A model generated the notes under the pieces. It was given only the letters and a program-made list of their open reading frames with translations, was not told where the DNA came from and did no database searches. A stretch of 64,000 bases of DNA from Chiloscyllium plagiosum (taxonomy: Eukaryota), in contig NC_057719.1 in assembly GCF_004010195.1 (NCBI RefSeq), forward strand, positions 73,473,447 to 73,537,446, in the 5' to 3' direction. This document shows positions 23,889-36,270 of this stretch, piece by piece (positions within the stretch are counted from its first letter, which is position 1; every line of letters starts with the position of its first letter). Made by a program: the position numbers and the translations under genes.

Positions 23889-25644
23889 CTAGTTGATCAA
23901 TCTCAGTCAAATCTCTCTCAAGAATTGCTGTGGGATTTGTTACACCTATGCAGTCAATAGAGCTGTTATCAGGGTGGGAGGAGCACAGTAAAGATATATT
24001 GATACATTGCAATTTCTGTCTTACACCGACGTTAAATTAGCAGTGTAAACGCAGAATCAAGTGTAAACTGATCCAGAGCAAAGCAATATTTTGAGTTCAT
24101 GTAAATTTTGTTTTGAAAGTTTTGAAATTGTGCTCTATCTGCCCAATCCAGTTCATCAAGCACATCATACCGATCCCCGGGGAACGCAAATTTCCATTCA
24201 AGCTTGAAAAACAACAGTCACCGTTACTGTCTGCTTTCTGTCCCTCAGTAAATTTTGTATCCACTAACCACTATCCGTTTGATTCTGGTAATTTTACTTC
24301 CCTGTCTGAGTTAGATTAATAGTTGTAGTGCCTAAACAAGTCATTCTGCTCAACTGGTAAAATGCTGGTGGCTTTGTTCCATATAAGCCACCTTTAATCT
24401 CTACCTACTTCTTTCAGCACAGTCTTTCCACCCTCATGCTAATCTAGCTTCTCCTTAAATGCATGTAGCACTTTGGGAAGCATCTTTTCAAAATCCATGA
24501 ACATAACAAATACACTGTCCTACCTTTGTCAAAGAATGCATTGAGGTTGTTCAAATAGAATTAGTTTTTGGTAAGTCTGCATTAATTCTCCTTTATTAAT
24601 CTGCTGCTTAGTTTATTACCATGTCTCATACTGACCCTCTGTAGGAAAATATATGTTCATACACAGGGGCCCGTTCTCTGCAAACAAAGGGATTATGTTT
24701 AAGCCTTTTACCTGGTCACTTGGAGAGCCTATAGTTCCTTGCTTTCTACAGTACAACGCCTCAGACAATGGCAGTCAACTTGCTGACCCATTTGTCCTGT
24801 AGTATAGATGTGCCAATTTGATATTCTTGATTGACTTGAGCGCCAGACAACATTTGGCAACATGTCTCTCTTCAAAATACTCTGATTATTTGTTTACTTG
24901 CTTAACTATTAGTAAATTGATTTTATGACTTGGCATCTGGAATTAATTTATTTTTAACTCTATCTTAATCAATTTATCCTTTTCTTCGAGGACATGCTAA
25001 TCTTTCCCAGATTTACTGTGATATGATATACCTTATGCTGGAGAGAGGACACATGCAACCGTACAAATTAGGAACAGAAATAGACTATTTGAACCTTTAA
25101 GCCTGTCCCTTTCACTTAATAAGACCACGGCTGATCTGTTTGTTTTGATTTCCACATTTCCATCTACCACCGATAACCTTTGGTTCCCTTGCCTGATAAA
25201 AAATCTACCTCCACTTTAAAATAAAATTCAATGATCACTGCCCAATGCAATGTCCAATGTCTCCAGCTCTTGGAGGAAAAACAACACTTTCTGAAAAGTG
25301 ACCCATAATTTTAAAACCATGCCCAATATTTTGAGCAACTAGCTGAAGGTAGTTGACCTCAGACAATCCATACAGTGACGTCCTGGGTCTGAGGAGATTG
25401 ATTTTCAGTAACAATAATCATTTTCTTTTGCTCTGCTCTGAATCAGTTTACACTTGATTCTGCATTTACACTGCTAGTTCAACATTGGTGTAAGACAGAA
25501 ATCACAATGCTTCAATTTACCTTTACTGTGTTCCTCCCATCCTGAAAACAGCTCTATCAACTGAAAGGGTATGATATTCCTTACAGCAACACTTAGATTA
25601 GATTAGATTAGATTAGATTACTTGTGTGAGATTGACAAGCTAGT
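23888..25644. repeat. Inverted repeat pair (about 200-bp arms, 23888-24086 / 25428-25644), candidate TIR non-autonomous DNA transposon
   Basis: For example TGTCTTACACCGACGTTAAATTAGCAGTGTAAACGCAGAATCAAGTGTAAACTGAT versus the reverse complement at 25442-25497. Outer ends are ACTAG / CTAGT. Confidence 0.65.
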
Positions 25645-26144
25645 GCTCCACTGAGGGCATTTGTATCATATGGACCTGAGTTAAATCTATCCAATCTTTA
25701 TTTACATTGGACTTTTCAAACCAATCATTAGGAAATGCCTGCTCTTATGAATACAGACACTGCAGAGGGCACATTCTTGGTACCTTCAATGTTTGTGTTC
25801 CCAGTTAGTACAGACTAAAGGCAATCAGAAACTAATTCTGGCTGCCTTGCCTCTCAAACTGCATTACAAGTGAGGCAGCAAATAAAGCGTTGAGTGAAGT
25901 GGTGAGGAGTTCCAAGCAAAGTGGTGGCTAAGTCCTGAGAGGGAAGTAGAAGGAGAGATGAAGAGGAGTCAGGAGAGGAAACAGAGTTTGGAGATGGGCA
26001 ATGATGCACACATGGTACCAAAAGTTAGGGAAACTGTGTGTGTATGTCTTGTCTGTCTATCTTGTCTATCTATAGTACTTAATTGCTATTCAGCATCAGC
26101 ATTCTAGAAGGCTTTTGTACTGTCAATCTGCACTACTAAAGTAA

Positions 26145-26443
26145 TTAGATTACTTACAATGTGGAAACAGGCCCTTTGGCCCAACAAGTCCACACTGCCC
26201 CGCCGAAGTGCAACCCACCCATACCCCTACATCTACCCCTTACCTAACACTACGGGCAATTTAGCATAGCCAATTCACCTGACCTGCACATCTTTGGACT
26301 GTGGGAGGAAACCGGAGCACCCGGAGGAAACCCACGCAGACACGGGGAGAATGTGCAAACTCCACACAGTCAGTCACCTGAAGCGGGAATTGAACCCGGG
26401 TCTCTGGCGCTGTGAGGCAGCAGTGCTAACCACCGTGCCGCCC
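26145..26443 (-). mobile_element. Full-length young HE1-like SINE
   Basis: Reverse complement has the head GGGCGGCACGGTGGTTAGCACTGCTGCCTCACAG, B box GGTTCAATTCC, V-domain and an AATCT tail. Confidence 0.9.
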
Positions 26444-26921
26444 ACTTTTTTTAAAATTTCCCATCAACCACCACCCTTTGTCTGAACTTTCAGAGGGAAA
26501 GCCTGCCTTGCTATACCACAGCACCACCTAATGACAATATATGACAAAATTAAACTTGGTTTTTCAGACATGCTGCAGTTGGCTTTTTCTCTTCCTTTTC
26601 AATCCATGTTCAATTGTAAAAAAGGCAATAGAGTTCAAGTTCTAAGCATTAACAAAAACTCTATCAATATATTCTCTGAAAGTAGATTTTTAAGAATAAG
26701 TTTAATTTTCTATTTACATGCTGCTATATAATGCATTTTACGATTTTGTTTGAGTCAAAAAACAGCAATCTTAAACCTGCATTCATCAAATATATAAATA
26801 CAGTTTCATAAATGTTTATTGTATAATTGTAAATAAGTAATTAAGATAGTAACTGTTTAAATCTAATGAATTAAATTAAAAAGCGTAGGGAGCAATATCT
26901 TTTGAAGAGAAATGTCCGTGC

Positions 26922-27691
26922 TATAAATGCCATATTTCTTTACGCTAATATTAAACATCTTAGCTACAGTACAGCCAGACTTAGATTAAAGCAACACTTA
27001 ATCCTTGCCTCTTGCTTCATAACGTGCCTCAGTTCTAATGCCAATTTCAGATTTACGGTTTTCTAGTGTCTTATTTGCCTGCTCCCTGAATTCCAGAGGT
27101 GAAGTGATACCAGGTTGGGCTGATGGAATTTCTTTCATGACAAGTGTCAGACCCAGAACACTGGAAGATGGCTGTGATTCTTGGAGGCTAATTGTTTTGG
27201 AACTAGGCTGGAGCTTCTGGCGTTTCCCACAATACTATCTGGGCAACTGTTTTCAGCTGCTTTATCAAGGATCTTCCTTTCATCCTGGAGATGTCCAGTG
27301 ATGAATCCAGGGATTCTTGGTGATACACTCCATCAAATGCAGCTGCGTCAAGGCAATGAAAAGCATTTCATAACATTCCTGAGTTGTGACTTCCTGGAGG
27401 GGCTTTCTAAAATCATGAGGTAAGCCCTTTGTTACAGAAGACCGACTTTCTGACCAGCTGGAATAACAAGTTATTTATGTGGCTCTTCCAATTAAAGTTT
27501 TGGTCAGTGATGACTCTCACTCCACTGTTGGCAAGGTGACAGTAATAACTTTGAAGAGTTAAAAACAATTGGCATTAGAACTCAGGCATGTTATGAAGCA
27601 AGAGTCAAGGATTGAGGCTTGCTTTAATATAAATCTGGCTGTAATGTACCGAAGATGTTTGATATTAACTTGAGGAAATATGGCATTTCTA
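26922..27691. repeat. Inverted repeat pair (125-bp arms, 26922-27046 / 27567-27691), candidate MITE
   Basis: CTCTTGCTTCATAACGTGCCTCAGTTCTAATGCCAATT versus AATTGGCATTAGAACTCAGGCATGTTATGAAGCAAGAG. Both outer ends are TA. Confidence 0.7.
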
Positions 27692-30402
27692 AAAATTTTC
27701 CTATTAGAAAATCAAATGAAGAGTGATCAATGATGAGGTGAGTTTAAGGAGTAAGCTGGTTAAAATAAATGATGAACAAAATTTGACAGCATAAGTAGAG
27801 AAGGCATTACGGCCCACATGACAGAAACAGTTCATTGAAAAGATGCAGGCAAAATGTTTCATTTTGGTTACAACCTCAGCTGAAAAAGATGAAGGTGTCA
27901 AGAGTAGATTTTCTTGCAAGTGGTGTTGACACTTTTTTTGAAAGGTTCTGGGACTAAGTGGATAAAAGAGGGTTGCTACTGGTAAGCATGCAACTGTGAA
28001 AAGCAAGTGGGATGATCAGGAGGGAATGAAAAGGAGTCAATTTTACTTCTCTGCTTTCCACAAAATGAAGATCTTATTCCACAACTATGTACTTGACCTG
28101 TATTGTTACCGGTGGAAATTAATGTTGATTTAATGTCATGCATAATAATTCCTCAATAATTAAAAATACAAATGGTCCTCCCACAAGTCCAAAGGTTGAA
28201 ACATGAAATGAATAAAATATGTTGTCAGGACTATTATTCTGGCCTTTAGTAATTCTAATTCTGCGTAACCTCATTTTGAACAGCATGTTCTTTTGTTTAT
28301 AATAAGCAGACCACAGACACTACTCAAACAGACATGCTTACAAACTGCAAAACGCAATGTCTAAGATTAGGTGTGATTCCATAATTGGGCAGCATATGTT
28401 GAATGTGATGAAAGCTACACCAGCAACCAATGTTAAGATAATCAGTAGAGTTCAAAATGTACCTCATCTGTACTAACTAGAAGAGACAAACATTCAGATA
28501 CAGGGGTCCTGTTTCCTGCAAACAATGGAAACATGTTCAAGCGTTGCATTTTTTTGCTTATCATCTAGGAACTTGGGGACCCTATAGTTGCCCTTTGCTT
28601 TCTCCATGGCAATGAGAGGTCACTTGCCAACCAATCAGCACCCTCTTCTCCTGTAAAATGTTGTGATTGATTGCCATTCTTATGTTTTCCCTGATGGGTG
28701 TGAAATGAAAAACATCCACAATATTCAACCTCTCTTTGTAAACTGTGTTTTCTTCCCCTCAATTACTTTTGAGATCTCAACCCATATAGCGAATGTAGAT
28801 AGCAATGTGAAGGTGGAATGTTATGCATTTTCTTTACTTTTCAGAATTCATTTAATTTTGTTTCTTCTTACTTATTGATAACACTGACTTGCTCTGTTGC
28901 GACTTATGGAAGTTTTATGAGTCTGGTAATTTTATGATTTCCAATATGAACTTTTGAGACACAAGTAAAAGTGTAGGAGTAGGTTGTTCTGCCTCTCAAG
29001 CCTGTTTGCATTGAACAAAGTCATGGCTGATCAGATTGTGGCCTCAACTCCACTTTCCTATCTGCCATGCCACAACTCCTTGACTCCCTTGTCATCCAAC
29101 AATCTGTTTAACTCAGCCCTGAATTTATTAAATGACCTAACCTTCACAGATCTCTGGCAAGCAAATTCCACATTAACTCTCTAAAATAAAAATGTCTCCT
29201 CATCTCAGTCTTGAATAGGTGACCTCTGATTTTAAAACTGTCTTCCCAAGTTCAAGACTTTCATCTGTCATCATCCATCTTGCTAAGTCACCTCAGGATC
29301 TTGTGTTTCAGGAGGATCATTTCTCAATCTTCTAAACTCCAATAGATATAGGAATAACCTTCTCAACTTCTCATAACAGAACCTCTTCATCTTGGGAATC
29401 AGTCAAGTGAACCTTCTCTAATTATTTTTAAGTCAACTAATTCCTTCAATGTGTTTTCACATGTACATACAGGAAGGCTTTAAATCACAGTTGCATTTTT
29501 CCTGTGACATAACTCCAAGTGAATAAGATGGTGTTCTGATTTATCCTATGTAATGTGCAATATATTTTCAGAGTGACTGACCCCATGGGACTAGACGAAT
29601 TGAAATGATTGCTTCTGGTATCAATGACTGGAAGTAGGGAACGAAAATGGTATGGATTTAAGGTGGTCTGTGTGAGAGGTTTAAGGATGGCTGATGTGGA
29701 ATCTACCGATGGTGGGGGGAGACAAAGTAGAACATAGATCATAAGCTTTTGTTAAATCTGTTTCTCTTCCAGAAAAGGTCTTTCCAAACCACTGAAAGTG
29801 CCTGCTGAACTTATGCTGAACTTAGTCCAGCTTGCACTTTAACTAACAGCTACAAACCAATTCTTCTGAGAATTATTCCACTGCTTTGCAAAAAGCCAAG
29901 CTCCTGAGTTTTGAGTTGCCTGAATGCTTTTAATAAGGCAGGAGAATGTATGTATTTTTAAATCCTTATCGATGGAGAGAGAGGTTGACTTTCACATTTT
30001 GCAGCAGAGGACTGGATGGTAGTCTCGGCTGGTGTTGTGGGAACAAGTGAGTGATTGACCTGGTAGGAACAAGACTGACTGCACCAGGGACTACAGTCTC
30101 AGAATCGGGGCTAGCCATTTATGACTGAGATGGGGAGAGAGAATTACTGCCCTTGGAGATGGAGTTCTTGGAATTCTCTACCTTGGATGGTTGTAGACAC
30201 TCTGTCATCAAGTATATTCAAGATGGGATTTAATAGATTTCTAATGACTTATGATATAAAGGATCAACCAATTTTGTATCAGCATAAATGTTGTCACTTT
30301 GATGTATCATTTCTGTTAAATCTGTTTATGGCAATTAAGAAATAATGTTGAAAATCCATTTACACCACATCAACAACATTACCCTTAATGACTGCGATAG
30401 AC

Positions 30403-30720
30403 ATTCCCTGGGGTGGGGGAGTCCAGAACTAGAGGGCATAGGTTTAGAGTGAGAGGGGAAAGATATAAAAGGGACCTAAGGGACAACATTTTCGAGTAGA
30501 GGGTGGCGCGTGTATGGAGAAAGTGCCTAAGGAAGTGGGGGAGGCTAGTACAATTACGACATTTAAAGGGCATCAGGATGGGTATATGAATAGGAAGGGG
30601 TTAAAGGGATATGGGCCAAGTGCTGACAAATGGGACTAGATTAATTTAGGATATCTGGTCAGCATGGACAAGTTGGACTGAAGAGTCTGTTTCTGTGCTG
30701 TACATCTTTATGACTCTATG
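30403..30720 (+). mobile_element. CR1 3' fragment
   Basis: TTCCCTGGGGTGGGGGAGTCCAGAACTAGAGGGCATAGG..TATGACTCTATG tail. Confidence 0.85.
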
Positions 30721-32274
30721 TTACCTCTTCAAAACGTAACAGTTAGATATGAATTTCTATTGGAAAAATCCATGCTGGCTTTTGCTAAACTATTCTACCT
30801 TTTCCATGTGCCTACCGATTTTCTTCAAATATTTCATTTTTGAAGTTTCCACACTACTGGAGTTAAAGTGTGGAATCCGGAACGATGAAGGGCTTATATC
30901 CGAAACATCAACTCTTCTGCTGCCTGACCACCTGTGCTTTTCCAGGACCACACTTTTTGACTTTGGTCTTCTTCAGTTTTGAACACATCAAATGACACTA
31001 TGGCCTGGGTAGCAAGTACCTCGTTGGCAAAGACCGATCCAAATCACTAATTTAACATTCAGCCAAGTGTAAATCCCTTTTTTAGTTCCTAAATGGCCCT
31101 GCTCCTCCTCTTACCACCCCTTTTCCAATGATGTGCTTACTTTGGACATTGGGATTCCCCTCTTATCTTGGCTAATAGTCTTTTCTCATCATTCCTCTTT
31201 GCTTCCCTAAAATCCTTTTCAAGTTCCTGCCTGAGTTTTCTGTATTACTCTTGATTTTTAATTGTACTTTCCACAATAACCTGTCATAAGCATAGTTTTT
31301 CTTCATTTTAACTTGTAGTTTCCTTCTTATCCAAGGAGCTCTGAGTGTGTCTGTTTGACCTTTTCATTTTAGGAAAAAAATCTTGATTGTACTGAACCCT
31401 CAATTGTTTGAAGGTGGCCAATTGTTCAGCTGCAGTTTTTCCTACCAATCTTTTTTATTTTATCTGGTCCAGTTTCTTTCTTGTGCCATTGAAATTGCTT
31501 TCCCCCATTTAATTATTCTACTGCAGATTTCTCATTGTCCCTTTCTATCATCACCTTAAACCTTTCAATACAATGATCAGTTCTTCTGAAGTGTTCCCCA
31601 CTAACACTGATCTACATGGTTCATTTTATTTCCAAGAACCATGTCTAACAGTGCAAGCTTTCTTTTTGGACTGGACACATATTGATGTAGGAAATTTTCC
31701 TGAACACAATCTAGGAAACGTTTGTCTCTCTCTCTCTCTACCCTTTACACTATCCAAGTCTACGTTCATGAAGTTAAACTCCCATAGTCTAAAATGTTGG
31801 CAACTCTGTAATTTCCCTGCAGATGTGTTCTTCTACATCCTTCCCACTAGTTGGTGCTCTATAGACTACACCAAGCAATGTTATTTTACCCTTGTTGTTC
31901 CTTACCTCGAGCCAGATCAATTATTTTCCTTTACTCTCTGGGATTTGCGTTTTCTTCAGCACTGCAATTCTCTCTTTGACCATCCTTTTACCTTACCTAT
32001 TGTTTCTGGGTACCCATAACTGTTTAGCATTCAATTCTGCCCTTCCTTCGGTCTCTAAATGCCACAACAACATTTTTCCAGATAGCAATATGAGCCTGTA
32101 ATTTCCCAATCTTACTGAAAACAATATACTGATGCCTAGCTTCCATGCACAGTAACCCTGATTTTAGACATCACTACTTTCTCCTTCACCTATTAATTTT
32201 TGTATTCTCTATATTCTATCATCCATTCGCAGCAAGTCTATTGTGCACCTTGGTATTCACGTCTAATCTCCTTC

Positions 32275-32645
32275 AGATCCAAGTCACCTGACGCCTGGAG
32301 GAAGAACACCTCATCTTCCGCCTCGGGACCCTCCAACCCGCACGGCATCAATGTTGATTTTGCCAGTTTCCTCATCTCCCTTCCCCACCTCATCCCAGAT
32401 CCAACCCTCCAACTCGGCACCGCCCTCTTGAACGGTCCTACCTGTACAACTTCCTTCCCACCTATCTGCTCCACCCTCCCCTCCGACCTATCACCATCAT
32501 CCCCTGCCTGCATCTAACTATCCTCTTCCCCTCAGCGCCCTTTCCCCCATCCACATTTCTGATGAAGCACTTATGCCCGAAATGTTGATTCTCCTGCTCC
32601 TCGGATGCTGCCTGACCTTGCTTTTCCAGTGCCACACTTTTTGAT
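32275..32645 (+). mobile_element. Neptune PLE 3' end with pseudo-LTR
   Basis: CGCCTGGAGGAAGAACACCTCATCTTCCGCCTCGGGACC (RLEEEHLIFRLGT). Decayed hammerhead at 32559-32588. Confidence 0.8.
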
Positions 32646-33164
32646 TCATGCCTAATACTCTCTCTTCGTTCCCACGTTCCTGCCAAGTTAGTGAAAAGCC
32701 CTCCCAATGGCACAAGCAAAACACCCTCAAGTAACTTAGCCCCAGCTATGTTTCAAGTGTAACCCATCCAGATTGCACAGCTGTAGTCATCCACAGAGGC
32801 ACTCCCAGTCCCAGTGTGTCAGGAACCTAAAGTCCTCTTTCCTGCACCAGCTTTACAGTCGCAGATTCACTTGCTTTACCATTCCATTTTTGTACTTGCT
32901 TCTGCAAGGTACTAGAAATAATCCAGAGATTACTACATTTGAGGTTTTGCTTGCTAAGTTTCTACCCAGCTCTGGGAATTCTGACTGCAGGACCACATCC
33001 CCTTTCTAACCAAGCCACTGGTACCATTGTGGGCCATGACTTCTGCCTGTTCACATTCTTCCTACCCACGTTACCCAGAAGAATGTTCTGCAGCTGCTAT
33101 ATGATATTTGACCTTGGCCCCAGGGAGGCAGCACACTATCATAGATTCATATATATGGGCACAG

Positions 33165-33925
33165 AAATTTGGAGATAGTGAGGACTGCAGATGCTGGAGA
33201 GTCAGAGTGGATAAAGAGTGGAGCTGGAAAAAGCACAGGTCAAGCAGCATCCGAGGAGGAAGGGAGTCAATGTTTCAAGTTGAAATCTTTCGTCAGGCTT
33301 GGGGGAGGGGAAGGAAGTTATGAACCAAATAGAGGGATCGGGTGGTGCTGGGAGCAATGTACTGGGGCTGGTGATAGGTGGACGCAGGTAGGAGGTGGCT
33401 GTGATTGGTCAATGGGAAGGGTGGAGCAGATTGGTGGGAAGGAAGATGGAAGGTAGGGTTAGGTTAAAGAGGGTTGGGTGGAGAGGGAAGGCTAGGGTGG
33501 AGAGGGAAGGCTAGGCCTAAGATGAGGTGGGGCTTGGGGAGGTTTGGAAGCCGGTGAATTCTATGTTATGGCTGTATGGTTGAAAGTTCCTGAAGCGGAA
33601 GATGAGATGTTCTTCCTCCAATTTGTTTTGACGGTGGAGAAGACCCAGGATGGACATGCCGTCGGGGGTGTGGGATTAGGGGGTTGAAATGGCTGGCAAC
33701 TGGATGGTGGGGTTGATTGATGTGTAAGGACCATAAATGTTCCCTGAACCAGTTCCCAAGTTTGCGCTCAGTCTCTCCGATGTAGAGGACACCACATCGG
33801 GACCAACGGATGCAATAAATCAGGCTTGAGGAAATGCAAGTCAATCTTTGCCAGACTTGGGGCTGGATTCTTTAGGATCTTGAACGGAGGTGAGGGGGAG
33901 GTGTGGAGGCAGGGTTTACATCTCC
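33165..33925 (-). mobile_element. Neptune PLE GIY-YIG fragment with pseudo-LTR
   Basis: LIYCIRWSRCGVLYIGETERKLGNWFREH..HPVASHFN. Decayed hammerhead at about 33267-33297. Confidence 0.85.
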
Positions 33926-34408
33926 TACACAGAAATGCCAACCTGTTCCCTTAGCTGATGAACTCTTTATCATGATTACTCTACCTTCCCGCCCACATAG
34001 CTGCTCATGATGCCACAAACCTGGCTCTGACTACACTCCCTTGAGGAATCGGTGTCCTCAGTGCATTAGTGAGTGTGGACATTCAGTTAACTCTTACACC
34101 ACCTGCCTGGTATTTTGCTTCAACTGCCTAGTAGTCACCGATTCACTTCTGACTCCAGGTCCTTCAGCTGCAATGGTCACCTCTCTGAATCCACCCATCT
34201 AACTCTCAGACTTGCAGATGTGCCACTGTGACTCCTGCCCCTGCTTGAGCTCTGAAACCCAGAACTCATGTTTCTTCAGCTGACAGCACTTCATGAATGT
34301 ATGATCCTCTAGGAAGAGAGTAGGCCCATGACTTCCCACATATTCCACTTAATCTACCATAATTTTAAAATAACTTTTCTCTACTTTCGATTACTTACAG
34401 CACTTTAA

Positions 34409-35192
34409 TGTTAGGGCTGAAGCACTATAAAATGGCTGAAAGTGCTCCTTGGTTGGTATAAAATGGCTGGGGATTTTTTTTTCAGCTGAAACAGGAGCTT
34501 ACACAAGTCAAACTATAAGAAATTACATGATTTCGTAGAGGGAGTAAGCTGAAGGTAACCCAGCTGAGGTACCATATAAACGGTCACATGAAATGCATAC
34601 AATGGGCTCCATTAGACAGAAAAAGATGTGATGCTTGTGTAGAGAACCATGGCGAACCTATCATTGTAACACATTGTGTAAGTTTTAGTAAATGCGTGGC
34701 CATGTATTGTATTCTACAGCAAAGAAAAATGAGAAAGCGTAGCCACCTATTAAATATTGAAATGTGGTTTTAAACATTGTGGGATTTAACTATAATTCCT
34801 GTGAAAGTTCAGTCTGAGGCGGATTGAAAAGACCCACTATTATCAGCCAGGGAGTGCTGTCTGGAATGTAGTTGAATAAAATGTATTATGGCCACTCAGG
34901 GATAATTGGTAAGGGGGTCTGGTGAGCATGAGATCATGAGTCAGCCTAGAACTGTCCATGAACTGATCGTATGGTCACATAATTAATCTGATCAGGTATG
35001 TATGTAATCAATTAATAAGACGATTGGTTTGTAATATCCATGGCAGGTTACAAACAGATGTATAAAAAGTGTATGTTTCCCATTATTCAATGGCGAAGTC
35101 TCTGGACTGCCAGCCATTTCTTTCCCCATCAGCATAAAACAACACACTCTTTGTTTCCGGAGGTGGATTCATTTAGTCATTCTGCCTTAACA
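34409..35192 (+). mobile_element. Candidate solo LTR (784 bp)
   Basis: Termini TGTTAGGGC and GCCTTAACA (8/9 inverted). Internal TGAGTCA at 34937, GATTGG at 35022 and TATAAAAA at 35061. The TSD is not convincing. Confidence 0.45.
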
Positions 35193-35659
35193 TTTTTTAT
35201 TTTGGAACTGATTTTCTCTTTTTTCACCCTGGAGTCTCTCAGTTAAATCCAAGCACAGCCACTTATTTACAAACAAATAAATGCTTTTGTAATTTGCAGT
35301 AATTTAAAGACAGTCCCTAATAGCAGTTTCTTGCTAGCCTCTGACTTCACAGATTTTCTGTGATGGTATTATTGTTTCTCTTTGACAGTACTGAAAGCAG
35401 CTGGGAAATGGTGGTATTTATGCTGCAGGAAGGGGTAAGTTGAATAGATGGAGACGGTGCCCAGAGACAGAGAGTCAGAAAAGGAGAATTCGAATGTGGA
35501 ATTGCTGATAATAAATTGGGGTCGGGGGCAGAGATGCAGAATGGGCCCTCATGGGAAGCGTGAATGGTTGAAAATGGGTTGTCTGTGTAGGGAGCAATCC
35601 GTACAGGACAGGATCAGGGGTATGAGGGGTGCAGGGGTAGGTAGTGAACATGGTAGAAG

Positions 35660-36270
35660 ATAAGGGCACTTATCGAGCCAGTGCAGTTTTCTGCAGATAT
35701 TTCATTGCCTCACTAGGTAATATCATCAGTGCATCTTTCATAAGGTGTTGGTGGTCTGTCCTGCTTGGTATTTATATGTCTCTGTTTGTTGGTACTTCCT
35801 TTTCTGTATCTGAGTGGTTTATATATGGGGTTCAGTTCAATGTGTGAATTGATTGAATTCTGGTGGAATGCCAGGCTTCAAGGAATTCTCATGTCTCTTT
35901 GTTTAGCCTGTCCTAAGATGGTTACATTGTCCCAGTTGAATTCATGTCCTTTGTTGTCTGTGTGGTTGGAAGTGAGAGAGTCCTAGTCCTGTCTGGCAGT
36001 GGTGAGCTGATGTTTGTGCACTCGTATGGTCAGTTTTCTTTTGTAGTGTCTTATGTAGTGTTTTTCATAGTCTTTGCAGGGTATCTTGTAGATAATGTTG
36101 GTCCTGTTGGATGTGGGTGTCCGATCTTTAAGCTTTGTGAGGAGCTGGTGAAAGATATTTACTGGTTTGTGGGCTGCTAAGATTCTTGGGGGTCTGAGTG
36201 GTCGGCTACTCATTTCTGAACCTATGACCTCATTCAAAACCCGAGCTACAAATCTTTGCAAAAACTCAAC
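35660..36270 (-). mobile_element. Penelope/Poseidon-type PLE fragment, flanked by Neptune-like pieces (about 35385-36690)
   Basis: AHKPVNIFHQLLTKLKD..NIIYKIPCKDYEKHYI..RVHKHQL. Hammerhead at 35693-35732: GCA CTGATGA T ATTACC TAGTGA GGCAAT GAAA TATC TGC. Confidence 0.8.
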
